Shown: one piece after another, positions 1 through 12,416 of the stretch
How the letters are laid out: each line of letters begins with the position of its first letter
Position numbering within the stretch: position 1 is the stretch's first letter
Made by a program: the position numbers and the translations under genes
NCBI GenBank assembly: GCA_964016885.1
Contig: OZ024741.1
Location: 255,998,001 to 256,062,000 of the forward strand
Length of the DNA stretch: 64,000 nucleotides
Source of the DNA: Eledone cirrhosa
Taxonomy: Eukaryota
Direction of reading: 5' to 3'
The notes under the pieces: model-generated
Told to the model about the DNA's origin: nothing
Database searches by the model: none
What the model saw: only the letters and a program-made list of their open reading frames with translations

Positions 1-3000
1 TGTTCTGACTTTCGAATGTTCCGACTTACGAGTGTTTCGGCTTATGAGGGTTTCGACTTACGAGTGCTTCGGCTTACGAGTGTTTCGACTTACGAGTGTT
101 TCGGCTTACGAGTGTTTCGACTTACGAGTGTTTCGACTTACGAGTGTTTCGAATTACGAGTGTTTCGACTTACGAGTGTTTTGACTTACGAGTGTTTTGA
201 CTTACGGTGTTTCTGCTTACGAGTGTTTCGACTTTCGAGTGTTATGACTTACGGGTGTTTTGACATACGAGTGTTTCGACTTACGAGTCTTACGGCTTAC
301 GAGTGTTTCGACTTACTAATGTTTTTACTTACGAGTGTTTCGGCGTACGAGTGTTTCGACTTCCGAGTGTTTCGACTTACAGGTGTTTTGACTTACGGGT
401 GTTTCGGCTTACGAGTGTTTTGACTTACGAGTGTTTTGACTTAAGGGTGTTTCGACTTACGAGTATTTTTGGCTTACGAGTGTTTCGACTTACGAGTGTT
501 TTGACTTACGAGTGTTCTGATTTACGGATGTTTCGACATACGAGTGTTCTGACTTACGAGTGTTCCGACTTACGAGTGTTCCGACTTACGAGTGTTTCGG
601 CTTACGAGTGTTTCCGGCTTACGAGTGTTTCGACTTACGAGTGTTTTGACTTACGGTGTTTGGGCTTACGAGTGATTCGACTTACGAGTGTTTTGACTTA
701 CGAGTGTTTCGACTTACGAGTGTTTTGACTTACGAATGTTTTGACTTACGGGTGTTTCGGCTTACGAGTGTTTCGACTTACGAGTGTTTCGGCTTGCGAG
801 TGTTTCGACTTACTAATGTTTTTACTTACGAGTGTTTAGGCGTACGAGTGTTTCGACTTACGAGTGTTTCGACTTACGGGTGTTTTGACTTACGGGTGTT
901 TCGGCTTACCAGTGTTTCGACTTACGAGTGATTTGACTTAAGGGTGTTTCGACATACGAGTGTTTCGACTTACGAGTGTTTCGACTTACGAGTGTTTCGG
1001 ATTACGAGTGTTTTGACTTCAGGGTGTTTAGACTTACGAGTGTTTCGATACGAGTGTTTCGACTTACGAGTGTTCTGACTTACGAGTATTCTGATTTACG
1101 GATGTTTCGACACACGAGTGTTTCGAATTACGAGTGTTTCGACTTACGAGTGTTTTGACTTACGGGTGTTTTGACATACGAGTGTTTCGATACGAGTGTT
1201 TCGACTTATGAGTGTTTCGACTTACGAGTGTTCTGACTTACGAGAGTTCTGACTTACGAGTGTTCTGATTTACGGATGTTTCGACACACGAGTGTTTCGA
1301 TACGAGTGTTTCGACTTACGAGTGTTTCGACTTATGAGTGTTTCGTCTTACGAGTGTTCTGACTTATGAGTGTTCTGACTTACGAGTGTTCCGACTTACG
1401 AGTGTTTCGGTTTACGAGTGTTTCGACATACGAGTGTTTTGACTTACGGGTGTTTCGACTTACGGGTGTTTCGACTTACGAGTGTTTTGGCTTACGAGTG
1501 TTTCGACTTACTAATGTTTTTACTTACGAGTGTTTCGGTGTACGAATGTTTTGACTTAAGGATATTTCGACTTACGAGTGTTTCGACTTACGAGTGTTTC
1601 GGCTTACGTGAGTTTCGACTTAAGATTGTTCTGATTTACGAGTGTTCTGACTTACGAGTGTTTCGGCTTATGAGTGTTTCGACTTACGAGTGTTTCGGCT
1701 TACGAGTGTTTCGACTTATGGGTGTTTCGACTTACGAGTGTTTTTACTTACGGTGTTTCGGCTTACGAGTGTTTCGACATACGAGTGTTTTGACTTACGG
1801 GTGTTTCGGCTTACGAGTGTTTCGACTTACGAGTGTTTTGACTTACGGGTGTTTCGACTGACGAGTATTTTTGGCTTACGAGTGTTTCGACTTACGATTG
1901 TTTTGACTTACGAGTGTTCTGATTTACGGATGTTTCGACATACGAGTGTTTCGACTTACGAGTGTTTCGACTTACGAGTGTTTTAACTTACGAATGTTTT
2001 GACTTACGGGTGTTTCGGCTTACGAGTGTTTCGACTTACGAGTCTTTCGGCTTACGAGTGTTTCGACTTACTAATGTTTTTACTTACGAGTGTTTCGGCG
2101 TACGAGTGTTTCGACTTACGAGTGTTTCGACTTACGGGTGTTTTGACTTACGGGTGTTTCGGCTTACGAGTGTTTTGACTTACGAGTGTTTTGACTTAAG
2201 GGTGTTTCGACTTACGAGTATTTTTGGCTTACGAGTGTTTCGACTTACGAGTGTTTTGACTTACGAGTGTTCTGATTTACGGATGTTTCGACATACGAGT
2301 GTTTCGACTTACGAGTGTTTCGACTTATGACTGTTTCGACTTACGAGTGTTTCGGCTTATGAGTGTTTCGACTTACGAGTGCTTCGGCTTACGAGTGTTT
2401 CGACTTACGAGTATTTCGGCTTTCGAGTGTTTCGACGTAAGAATGTTTTGGCTTACGAGTGTTTCGGCTTATGAGTGTTTCGGCCTACGAGTGTTTCGAC
2501 TTACGAGTGTTTCGGCTTACGAGTGTTTCAGTGTTTCGGCTTACGTGTGTTTCGACTTACGAGTGTTTCGACTTACGACTGTTTCGGCTTACGAGTGTTT
2601 CGGCTTACGAGTGTTTCGACTTACGAGTGTTTTGACTTACGAATGTTTTGACTTACGGGTGTTTCGGCTTACGAGTGTTTCGACTTACGATTCTTTCGGC
2701 TTACGAGTGTTTCGACTTACTAATGTTTTTACTTACGAGTGTTTCGGCGTACGAGTGTTTCGACTTACGAGTGTTTCGACTTACGGGTGTTTTGACTTAC
2801 GGGTGTTTCGGCTTACGAGTGTTTTGACTTACGAGTGTTTTGACTTAAGGGTGTTTCGACTTACGAGTATTTTTGGCTTACGAGTGTTTCGACTTACGAG
2901 TGTTTTGACTTACGAGTGTTCTGATTTACGGATGTTTCGACATACGAGTGTTTCGACTTACGAGTGTTTCGACTTACTAATGTTCTTACTTACGAGTGTT

Positions 3001-5474
3001 TCGGTGTACGAGAGTTTTGACTTACGAGTGTTTCGACTTACGAGTGTTTCGACTTACGAGTGTTTTGACTTACGAATGTTTTGACTTACGGGTGTTTCGG
3101 CTAACGAGTGTTTCGACTTACGAGTCTTTCGGCTTACGAGTGTTTCGACTTACTAATGTTTTTACTTACGAGTGTTTCGGCGTACGAGTGTTTCGACTTA
3201 CGAGTGTTTCGACTTACGGGTGTTTTGACTTACGGGTGTTTCGGCTTACGAGTGTTTTGACTTACGAGTGTTTTGACTTAAGGTTGTTTCGACTGACGAG
3301 TATTTTTGGCTTACGAGTGTTTCCACTTACGAGTGTTTTGACTTACGAGTGTTCTGATTTACGGATGTTTCGACATACGAGTGTTTCGACTTACGAGTGT
3401 TTCGACTTATGAGTGTTTCGACTTACGAGTGTTTCGGCTTATGAGTGTTTCGACTTACGAGTGCTTCGGCTTACGAGTGTTTCGACTTACGAGTATTTCG
3501 GCTTACGAGTGTTTCGACGTACGAATGTTTTGGCTTACGAGTGTTTCGGCTTATGAGTGTTTCGGCTTACGAGTGTTTCGATTTACGAGTGTTTCGGCTT
3601 ACGAGTGTTTCAGTGTTTCGGCTTACGTGTGTTTCGACTTACGATTGTTTCGACTTACGACTGTTTCGGCTTACGAGTGTTTCGGCTTGCGAGTGTTTCG
3701 GCTTACGAGTGTTTTGACTTACGAGTGTTTTGACTTACGATTGTTTGGCTTACGAGTGTTCTGACTTTCGAATGTTCCGACTTACGAGTGTTTCGGCTTA
3801 TGAGGGTTTCGACTTACGAGTGCTTCGGCTTACGAGTGTTTCGACTTACGAGTGTTTCGGCTTACGAGTGTTTCGACTTACGAGTGTTTCGACTTACGAG
3901 TGTTTTGACTTACGGTGTTTCGGCTTACGAGTGTTTCGACATACGAGTGTTTTGACGTACGGGTGTTTCGACTTACGGGTCTTTCGACTTAAGAGTGTTT
4001 CTACTACCGAGCGCTTCGACTTACGAGTGTTTCGACTTACGAGTGTTTCGGCGTATGAGTGTTTTGACTTACGAGTGTTTCGACTTACGAGTGTTTCGAA
4101 TTACGAGTGTTTCGACTTACGAGTGTTTTGACTTACGAGTGTTTTGACTTCGGTGTTTCTGCTTACGAGTGTTTCGACTTACGAGTGTTATGACTTACGG
4201 GTGTTTTCACATACGAGTGTTTCGATACGAGTGTTCTGACTTACGAGTGTTCTGACTTACGAGTGTTCTGACTTACGAGTGTTTCGACATACGAGTGTTT
4301 TGACTTACGGGTGTTTCGACTTACGAGTGTTTTCACTTACGAATGTTTTGACTTACGGGTGTTTCGGCTTACGAGTGTTTCGACTTACGAGTGTTTCGGC
4401 TTACGAGTGTTTCGACTTACTAATATTTTTACTTACGAGTGTTTCGGCGTACGAGAATTTTGACTTACGCGTGTTTCGACTTACGAGTGTTTCGACTTAC
4501 GAGTATTTTGACTTACGAATGTTTTGACTTACGGGTGTTTCGGCTTACGAGTGTTTCGACTTACGAGTCTTTCGGCTTACGAGTGTTTCGACTTACTAAT
4601 GTTTTTACTTACGAGTGTTTCGGCGTACGAGTGTTTCGACTTCCGAGTGTTTCGACTTACGGGTGTTTTGACTGACGGGTGTATCGGCTTACGAGTGTTT
4701 TGACTTACGAGTGTTTTGACTTAAGGGTGTTTCGACTTACGAGTATTTTTGGCTTACGAGTGTTTCGACTTACGAGTGTTTTGACTTACGAGTGTTCTGA
4801 TTTACGGATGTTTCGACATACGAGTGTTTCGACTTACGAGTGTTTCGACTTATGAGTGTTTCGACTTACGAGTGTTTCGACTTACGAGTGTTTCGGCTTG
4901 TGATTGTTTCGACTTACGAGTGTTTTGACTTACGGTGTTTCAGCTTACGAGTGTTTCGACTTACGAGTGTTTTGACTTACGGGTGTTTTGACATACGAGT
5001 GTTTCGATACGAGTGTTCTGACTTACGAGTGTTCTGACTTACGAGTGTTTTGACTTACGAGTGTTCTGACTTACGAGTGTTCCGACTTACGAGTGTTCCG
5101 ACTTACGAGTGTTTCGGCTTACGAGTGTTTTGACTTAAGGGTGTTTCGACTTACGAGTGTTTCGATACGAGTGTTTCGACTTACGAGTGTTTCGGCTTAC
5201 GAGTGTTTCGACTTACGAGTGTTTCGACTTACGAGTGTTCCGACTTACGGGTGTTTCGACTTACGAGTGTTTTGGCTTACGGTGTTTCGACTTACGAGTG
5301 TTTCGAGTTAAGAGTGTTTTGACTTACGAGTGTTCTGATTTACGAGTGTTCTGACTTACGAGTGTTCTGACTTACGAGTGTTCTGACTTACGAGTGTTCT
5401 GACTTACGAGTGTTCCGACTTTACGAGTGTTTCGGCTCACGAGTGTTTCGGCTTACGAGTGTTTCGACTTACGA

Positions 5475-5551
5475 AAATAACAAATAGACGCGGTTTCAAA
5501 TCTCTATGCTTTTCAAATTCATTACATTAATCTTTATTTATACGTTTCGCT
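5475..5551 (+). repeat. 77-bp AT-rich interruption, copy 1 (majority type)
   Basis: AAATAACAAATAGACGCGGTTTCAAATCTCTATGCTTTTCAAATTCATTACATTAATCTTTATTTATACGTTTCGCT, lying between two TTACGA hexamers of the satellite. Confidence 0.95.
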
Positions 5552-7231
5552 TTACGAGTGTTTCGACTTACGAGTGTTTCGACATACGAGTGTTTCGACT
5601 TACGAATGTTTTTGCTTACGGGTGTTTCGACTTACGAATGTTTTTGCTTACGAGTGTTTCGGTTTACGAGTGTTCCGACTTACGAGTGTTCCGACTTACG
5701 AGTGTTTCGGCTTACGTGTGTTTCCGGCTTACGAGTGTTTCAACTTACGAGTGTTCTGAATTACGAGTGTTCTGATTTACGGATGTTTCGACACACGAGT
5801 GTTTCCAATTACGAGTGTTTCGACTTACGAGTGTTTTGACTTACGGGTGTTTTGACATACGAGTGTTTCGATACGAGTGTTTCGACTTATGAGTGTTTCG
5901 ACTTACGAGTGTTCTGACTTACGAGTGTTCTGACTTACGAGTGTTCTGATTTACGGATGTTTCGACACACGAGTGTTTCGATACGAGTGTTTCGACTTAC
6001 GAGTGTTTCGACTTATGAGTGTTTCGACTTACGAGTGTTCTGACTTATGAGTGTTCTGACTTACGAGTGTTCCGACTTACGAGTGTTTCGGTTTACGAGT
6101 GTTTCGACATACGAGTGTTTTGACTTACGGGTGTTTCGACTTACGGGTGTTTCGACTTACGAGTGTTTTGGCTTACGAGTGTTTCGACTTACTAATGTTT
6201 TTACTTACGAGTGTTTCGGTGTACGAATGTTTTGACTTAAGGATATTTCGACTTACGAGTGTTTCGACTTACGAGTGTTTCGGCTTACGTGAGTTTCGAC
6301 TTAAGATTGTTCTGATTTACGAGTGTTCTGACTTACGAGTGTTTCGGCTTATGAGTGTTTCGACTTACGAGTGTTTCGGCTTACGAGTGTTTCGACTTAT
6401 GGGTGTTTCGACTTACGAGTGTTTTTACTTACGGTGTTTCGGCTTACGAGTGTTTCGACATACGAGTGTTTTGACTTACGGGTGTTTCGGCTTACGAGTG
6501 TTTCGACTTACGAGTGTTTTGACTTACGGGTGTTTCGACTGACGAGTATTTTTGGCTTACGAGTGTTTCGACTTACGATTGTTTTGACTTACGAGTGTTC
6601 TGATTTACGGATGTTTCGACATACGAGTGTTTCGACTTACGAGTGTTTCGACTTACGTGTGTTTCCGGCTTACGAGTGTTTCAACTTACGAGTGTTCTGA
6701 CTTACGAGTGTTCTGATTTACGGATGTTTCGACACACGAGTGTTTCGAATTACGAGTGTTTCGACTTACGAGTGTTTTGACTTACGGGTGTTTTGACATA
6801 CGAGTGTTTCGATACGAGTGTTTCGACTTACGAGTGTTCTGACTTACGAGTGTTCTGTCTTACGAGTGTTCTGACTTACGAGTGTTCTTACTTACGAGTG
6901 TTCCGACTTACGAGTGTTCCGACTTACGAGTGTTTCGGCTTACGAGTGTTTCGGCTTACGAGTGTTTCGACTTACGAATGTTTCGACTTACGAGTGTTCC
7001 GACTTACGGGTGTTTCGACTTACGAGTGTTTTGGCTTACGGTGTTTCGGCTTACGAGTGTTTCGAGTTACGAGTGTTTTGACTTACACGTGTTTTGACAT
7101 ACGAGTGTTTCGATACGAGTGTTCTGACTTACGAGTGTTCTGACTTACGAGTGTTCTGACTTACGAGTGTTCCGACTTTACGAGTGTTTCGGCTCACGAG
7201 TGTTTCGGCTTACGAGTGTTTCGACTTACGA

Positions 7232-7308
7232 AAATAACGAATAGACTTGGTTTCAAATCTCTATGCTTTTCAAATTCATTACATTAATCTTTATTTATAC
7301 GTTTCGCT
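7232..7308 (+). repeat. 77-bp interruption, copy 2 (AACGAAT subtype plus private GACTTGG)
   Basis: Same 77-mer, beginning AAATAACGAATAGACTTGG. Confidence 0.95.
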
Positions 7309-10300
7309 TTACGAGTGTTTCGACTTACGAGTGTTTCGACATACGAGTGTTTCGGCTTACGAGTGTTTTGATTTACGAGTGTTTTGACTTACGGGTGCTT
7401 CGACTTACGCGTGTTTCGACTTACGAGTGTTTCGACTTACGAGTGTTTCGACTTACGAGTGTTTCGGCTTACGAGGGTTTTGACTTACGAATGTTTTGAC
7501 TTACGATTGTTTCGGCTTACGAGTGTTTCGACTTACGAGTGTTCTGACTACGAGTGTTCTGACTTACGGGTGTTCTGACTTACGAGTGTTCCGACTTACG
7601 AGTGTTTCGGCTTATGAGTGTTTCGACTTACGAGTGCTTCGACTTACGAGTGTTTCGGCTTACGGGTGTTTCGACTTACGAATGTTTTTGCTTACGAGTG
7701 TTTCGGCTTACGAGTGTTTCGGCTTATGAGTGTTTCGACTTACGAGTGTTTTGACTTACGGGTGTTTTGACATACGAGTGTTTCGATACGATTGTTCTGA
7801 CTTACGAGTGTTTCCGCTTACGAGTGTTTCGGCTTACGAGTGTTTCGACTTACTAATGTTTTGGCTTACGAATGTTTTGACTTACGGGTGTTTCGACTTA
7901 CGAGTGTTTCGGCTTATGAGTGTTTCGACTTACGGGCGTTTCGACTTACGGGTGTTTCGACTTACGAGTGTTTTGGCTTACGAATGTTTTGACTTACGGG
8001 TGTTTCGACTTACGAGTGTTTCGACTTATGAGTGTTTGGACTTACGAGTGTTTCGGCTTATGAGTGTTTCGACTTACGAGTGCTTCGACTTACGAGTATT
8101 TCGGCTTACGAGTGTTTCGACGTACGAATGTTTTGGCTTACGAGTGTTTCGGCTTATGAGTGTTTCGGCTTACGAGTGTTTCGACTTACGAGTGTTTCGG
8201 CTTACGAGTGTTTCAGTGTTTCGGCTTACGTGTGTTTCGACTTACGAGTGTTTCGACTTACGACTGTTTCGGCTTACGAGTGTTTCGGCTTACGAGTGTT
8301 TTGGCTTACGAGTGTTTTGACTTACGATTGTTTGGCTTACGAGTGTTCTGACTTACGGGTGTTCTGACTTACGAGTGTTCCGACTTACGAGTGTTTCGGC
8401 TTATGAGGGTTTCGACTTACGAGTGCTTCGGCTTACGAGTGTTTCGACTTACGAGTGTTTCGGCTTACGAGTGTTTCGACTTACGAGTGTTTTGACTTAC
8501 GGTGTTTCGGCTTACGAGTGTTTCGACATACGAGTGTTTTGACGTACGGGTGTTTCGACTTACGGGTCTTTCGACTTAAGAGTTTTTCGACTTACGAGCG
8601 CTTCGACTTACGAGTGTTTCGACTTACGAGTGTTTCGGCGTATGAGTGTTTTGACTTACGAGTGTTTCGACTTACGAGTGTTTCGACTTACGAGTGTTTC
8701 GAATTACGAGTGTTTCGACTTACGAGTGTTTTGACTTACGAGTGTTTTGACTTACGGTGTTTCTGCTTACGAGTGTTTCGACTTTCGAGTGTTATGACTT
8801 ACGGGTGTTTTGACATACGAGTGTTTCGACTTACGAGTCTTACGGCTTACGAGTGTTTCGACTTACTAATGTTTTTACTTACGAGTGTTTCGGCGTACGA
8901 GTGTTTCGACTTCCGAGTGTTTCGACTTACAGGTGTTTTGACTTACGGGTGTTTCGGCTTACGAGTGTTTTGACTTACGAGTGTTTTGACTTAAGGGTGT
9001 TTCGACTTACGAGTATTTTTGGCTTACGAGTGTTTCGACTTACGAGTGTTTTGACTTACGAGTGTTCTGATTTACGGATGTTTCGACATACGAGTGTTCT
9101 GACTTACGAGTGTTCCGACTTACGAGTGTTCCGACTTACGAGTGTTTCGGCTTACGAGTGTTTCCGGCTTACGAGTGTTTCGACTTACGAGTGTTTTGAC
9201 TTACGGTGTTTCGGCTTACGAGTGATTCGACTTACGAGTGTTTTGACTTACGAGTGTTTCGACTTACGAGTGTTTTGACTTACGAATGTTTTGACTTACG
9301 GGTGTTTCGGCTTACGAGTGTTTCGACTTACGAGTGTTTCGGCTTGCGAGTGTTTCGACTTACTAATGTTTTTACTTACGAGTGTTTAGGCGTACGAGTG
9401 TTTCGACTTACGAGTGTTTCGACTTACGGGTGTTTTGACTTACGGGTGTTTCGGCTTACCAGTGTTTCGACTTACGAGTGATTTGACTTAAGGGTGTTTC
9501 GACATACGAGTGTTTCGACTTACGAGTGTTTCGACTTACGAGTGTTTCGGATTACGAGTGTTTTGACTTCAGGGTGTTTAGACTTACGAGTGTTTCGATA
9601 CGAGTGTTTCGACTTACGAGTGTTCTGACTTACGAGTATTCTGATTTACGGATGTTTCGACACACGAGTGTTTCGAATTACGAGTGTTTCGACTTACGAG
9701 TGTTTTGACTTACGGGTGTTTTGACATACGAGTGTTTCGATACGAGTGTTTCGACTTATGAGTGTTTCGACTTACGAGTGTTCTGACTTACGAGTGTTCT
9801 GACTTACGAGTGTTCTGATTTACGGATGTTTCGACACACGAGTGTTTCGATACGAGTGTTTCGACTTACGAGTGTTTCGACTTATGAGTGTTTCGACTTA
9901 CGAGTGTTCTGACTTACGAGTGTTCTGACTTACGAGTGTTCCGACTTACGAGTGTTTCGGTTTACGAGTGTTTCGACATACGAGTGTTTTGACTTACGGG
10001 TGTTTCGACTTACGGGTGTTTCGACTTACGAGTGTTTTGGCTTACGAGTGTTTCGACTTACTAATGTTTTTACTTACGAGTGTTTCGGTGTACGAATGTT
10101 TTGACTTAAGGATATTTCGACTTACGAGTGTTTCGACTTACGAGTGTTTCGGCTTACGTGAGTTTCGACTTAAGATTGTTCTGATTTACGAGTGTTCTGA
10201 CTTACGAGTGTTTCGGCTTATGAGTGTTTCGACTTACGAGTGTTTCGGCTTACGAGTGTTTCGACTTATGGGTGTTTCGACTTACGAGTGTTTTTACTTA

Positions 10301-11502
10301 CGGTGTTTCGGCTTACGAGTGTTTCGACATACGAGTGTTTTGACTTACGGGTGTTTCGGCGACGAGTGTTTCGACTTACGAGTGTATTGACTTACGGGTG
10401 TTTCGACTGACGAGTATTTTTGGCTTACGAGTGTTTCGACTTACGAGTGTTTTGACTTACGAGTGTTCTGATTTACGGATGTTTCGACATACGAGTGTTT
10501 CGACTTACGAGTGTTTCGACTTATGAGTGTTTCGACTTACGAGTGTTTTGACTTACGGGTGTTTTGACATACGAGTGTTTCGATACGAGTGTTCTGACTT
10601 ACGAGTGTTCTGACTTACGAGTGTTTTGACTTACGAGTGTTCTGACTTACGAGTGTTCCGACTTACGAGTGTTCCGACTTACGAGTGTTTCGGCTTACGA
10701 GTGTTTCCGGCTTACGAGTGTTTCGACTTCCGAGTGTTTTGACTTACGGTGTTTCGGCTTACGAGTGATTCGACTTACGAGTGTTTTGACTTACGGGTGA
10801 TTTGACTTACGGGTGTTGTGAATTACGAGTGTTCCGATTTACGAGTGTTTTGACTTACGGTGTTTCGGCTTACGAGTGATTCGACTTACGAATGTTTTGA
10901 CTTACGGGTGTTTCGGCTTGCGAGTGTTTCGACTTACGAGTGTTTCGGCTTATGGGTGTTTCGACTTACTAATGTTTTTACTTACGAGTGTTTCGGCGTA
11001 CGAGTGTTTTGACTTACGAGTGTTTCGACTTACGAGTCTTTCGACTTAAGAGTGTTTCGGCTTACGTGAGTTTCGACTTAAGAGTGTTCTGATTTACGAG
11101 TGTTCTGACTTGCGGGTGTTCTGATTTACGAGTGTTCCGACTTACGAGTGTTTCGGCTTATTAGTGTTTCGACTTACGAGTGTTTCGGCTTACGAGTGTT
11201 TCGACTTATGGGTGTTTCGACTTACGAGTGTTTTTACTTACGGTGTTTCGGCTTACGAGTGTTTCGACATACGAGTGTTTTGACTTACGGGTGTTTCGAC
11301 TTACGAGTGTTTTGACTTACGAATGTTTTGACTTACGGGTGTTTCGGCTTACGAGTGTTTCGACTTACGAGTGTTTCGGCTTACGAGTGTTTCGACTTAC
11401 TAATGTTCTTACGAGTGTTTCAGTGTTTCGGCTTACGTGTGTTTCGGCTTACGAGTGTTTCGACTTATGAGTGTTTCGGCTTACGAGTGTTTCGACTTAC
11501 GA

Positions 11503-12416
11503 GTGTTTCGGCTTACGAGTGTTTCAGTGTTTCGGCTTACGTGTGTTTCGACTTACGAGTGTTTCGACTTACGACTGTTTCGGCTTAGGAGTGTTTCGGC
11601 TTACGAGTGTTTCGACTTACGAGTGTTTTGACTTACGAATGTTTTGACTTACGAGTGTTTCGACTTACGGGTGTTTTGACTTACGGGTGTTTCGGCTTAC
11701 CAGTGTTTCGACTTACGAGTGATTTGACTTAAGGGTGTTTCGACATACGAGTGTTTCGACTTACGAGTGTTTCGACTTACGAGTGTTTCGGATTACGAGT
11801 GTTTTGACTTCAGGGTGTTTAGACTTACGAGTGTTTCGATACGAGTGTTTCGACTTACGAGTGTTCTGACTTACGAGTATTCTGATTTACGGATGTTTCG
11901 ACACACGAGTGTTTCGAATTACGAGTGTTTCGACTTACGAGTGTTTTGACTTACGGGTGTTTCGGCTTACGAGTGTTTCAGTGTTTCGGCTTACGTGTGT
12001 TTCGACTTACGAGTGTTTCGACTTACGACTGTTTCGGCTTAGGAGTGTTTCGGCTTACGAGTGTTTCGACTTACGAGTGTTTTGACTTACGAATGTTTTG
12101 ACTTACGAGTGTTTCGACTTACGGGTGTTTTGACTTACGGGTGTTTCGGCTTACCAGTGTTTCGACTTACGAGTGATTTGACTTAAGGGTGTTTCGACAT
12201 ACGAGTGTTTCGACTTACGAGTGTTTCGACTTACGAGTGTTTCGGATTACGAGTGTTTTGACTTCAGGGTGTTTAGACTTACGAGTGTTTCGATACGAGT
12301 GTTTCGACTTACGAGTGTTCTGACTTACGAGTATTCTGATTTACGGATGTTTCGACACACGAGTGTTTCGAATTACGAGTGTTTCGACTTACGAGTGTTT
12401 TGACTTACGGGTGTTT
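11503..12416 (+). repeat. Higher-order tandem duplication, 454-bp unit x2
   Basis: Identical ORF strings at 11767 and 12221 (offset 454). Rare variants GGCTTAGGAG, TTACCAGTG and GACTTCAGGG each occur twice. Edges checked by eye. Confidence 0.9.

Noticed and set aside
5475-5551. Insert as promoter, terminator, tRNA or spliced-leader RNA
   Set aside because: No convincing spaced -35/-10 pair, GC stem plus U-tract, cloverleaf, Pol III A/B boxes or recognisable SL sequence. AT-rich words like TTTATA are expected by chance.
5469-5557. Active transposon with 15 independent insertions and target-site duplications
   Set aside because: Identical insertion phase and identical rare upstream monomers in all copies point to one event. 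There is no transposase, and the TTACGA duplication is confounded by the tandem monomer.
5506-5775. MLFKFITLIFIY... ORFs starting in the insert, resembling a signal peptide
   Set aside because: Hydrophobicity simply reflects T-rich DNA. The ATG is mutated to TTG in two copies, and downstream length and sequence vary with whichever monomers follow.
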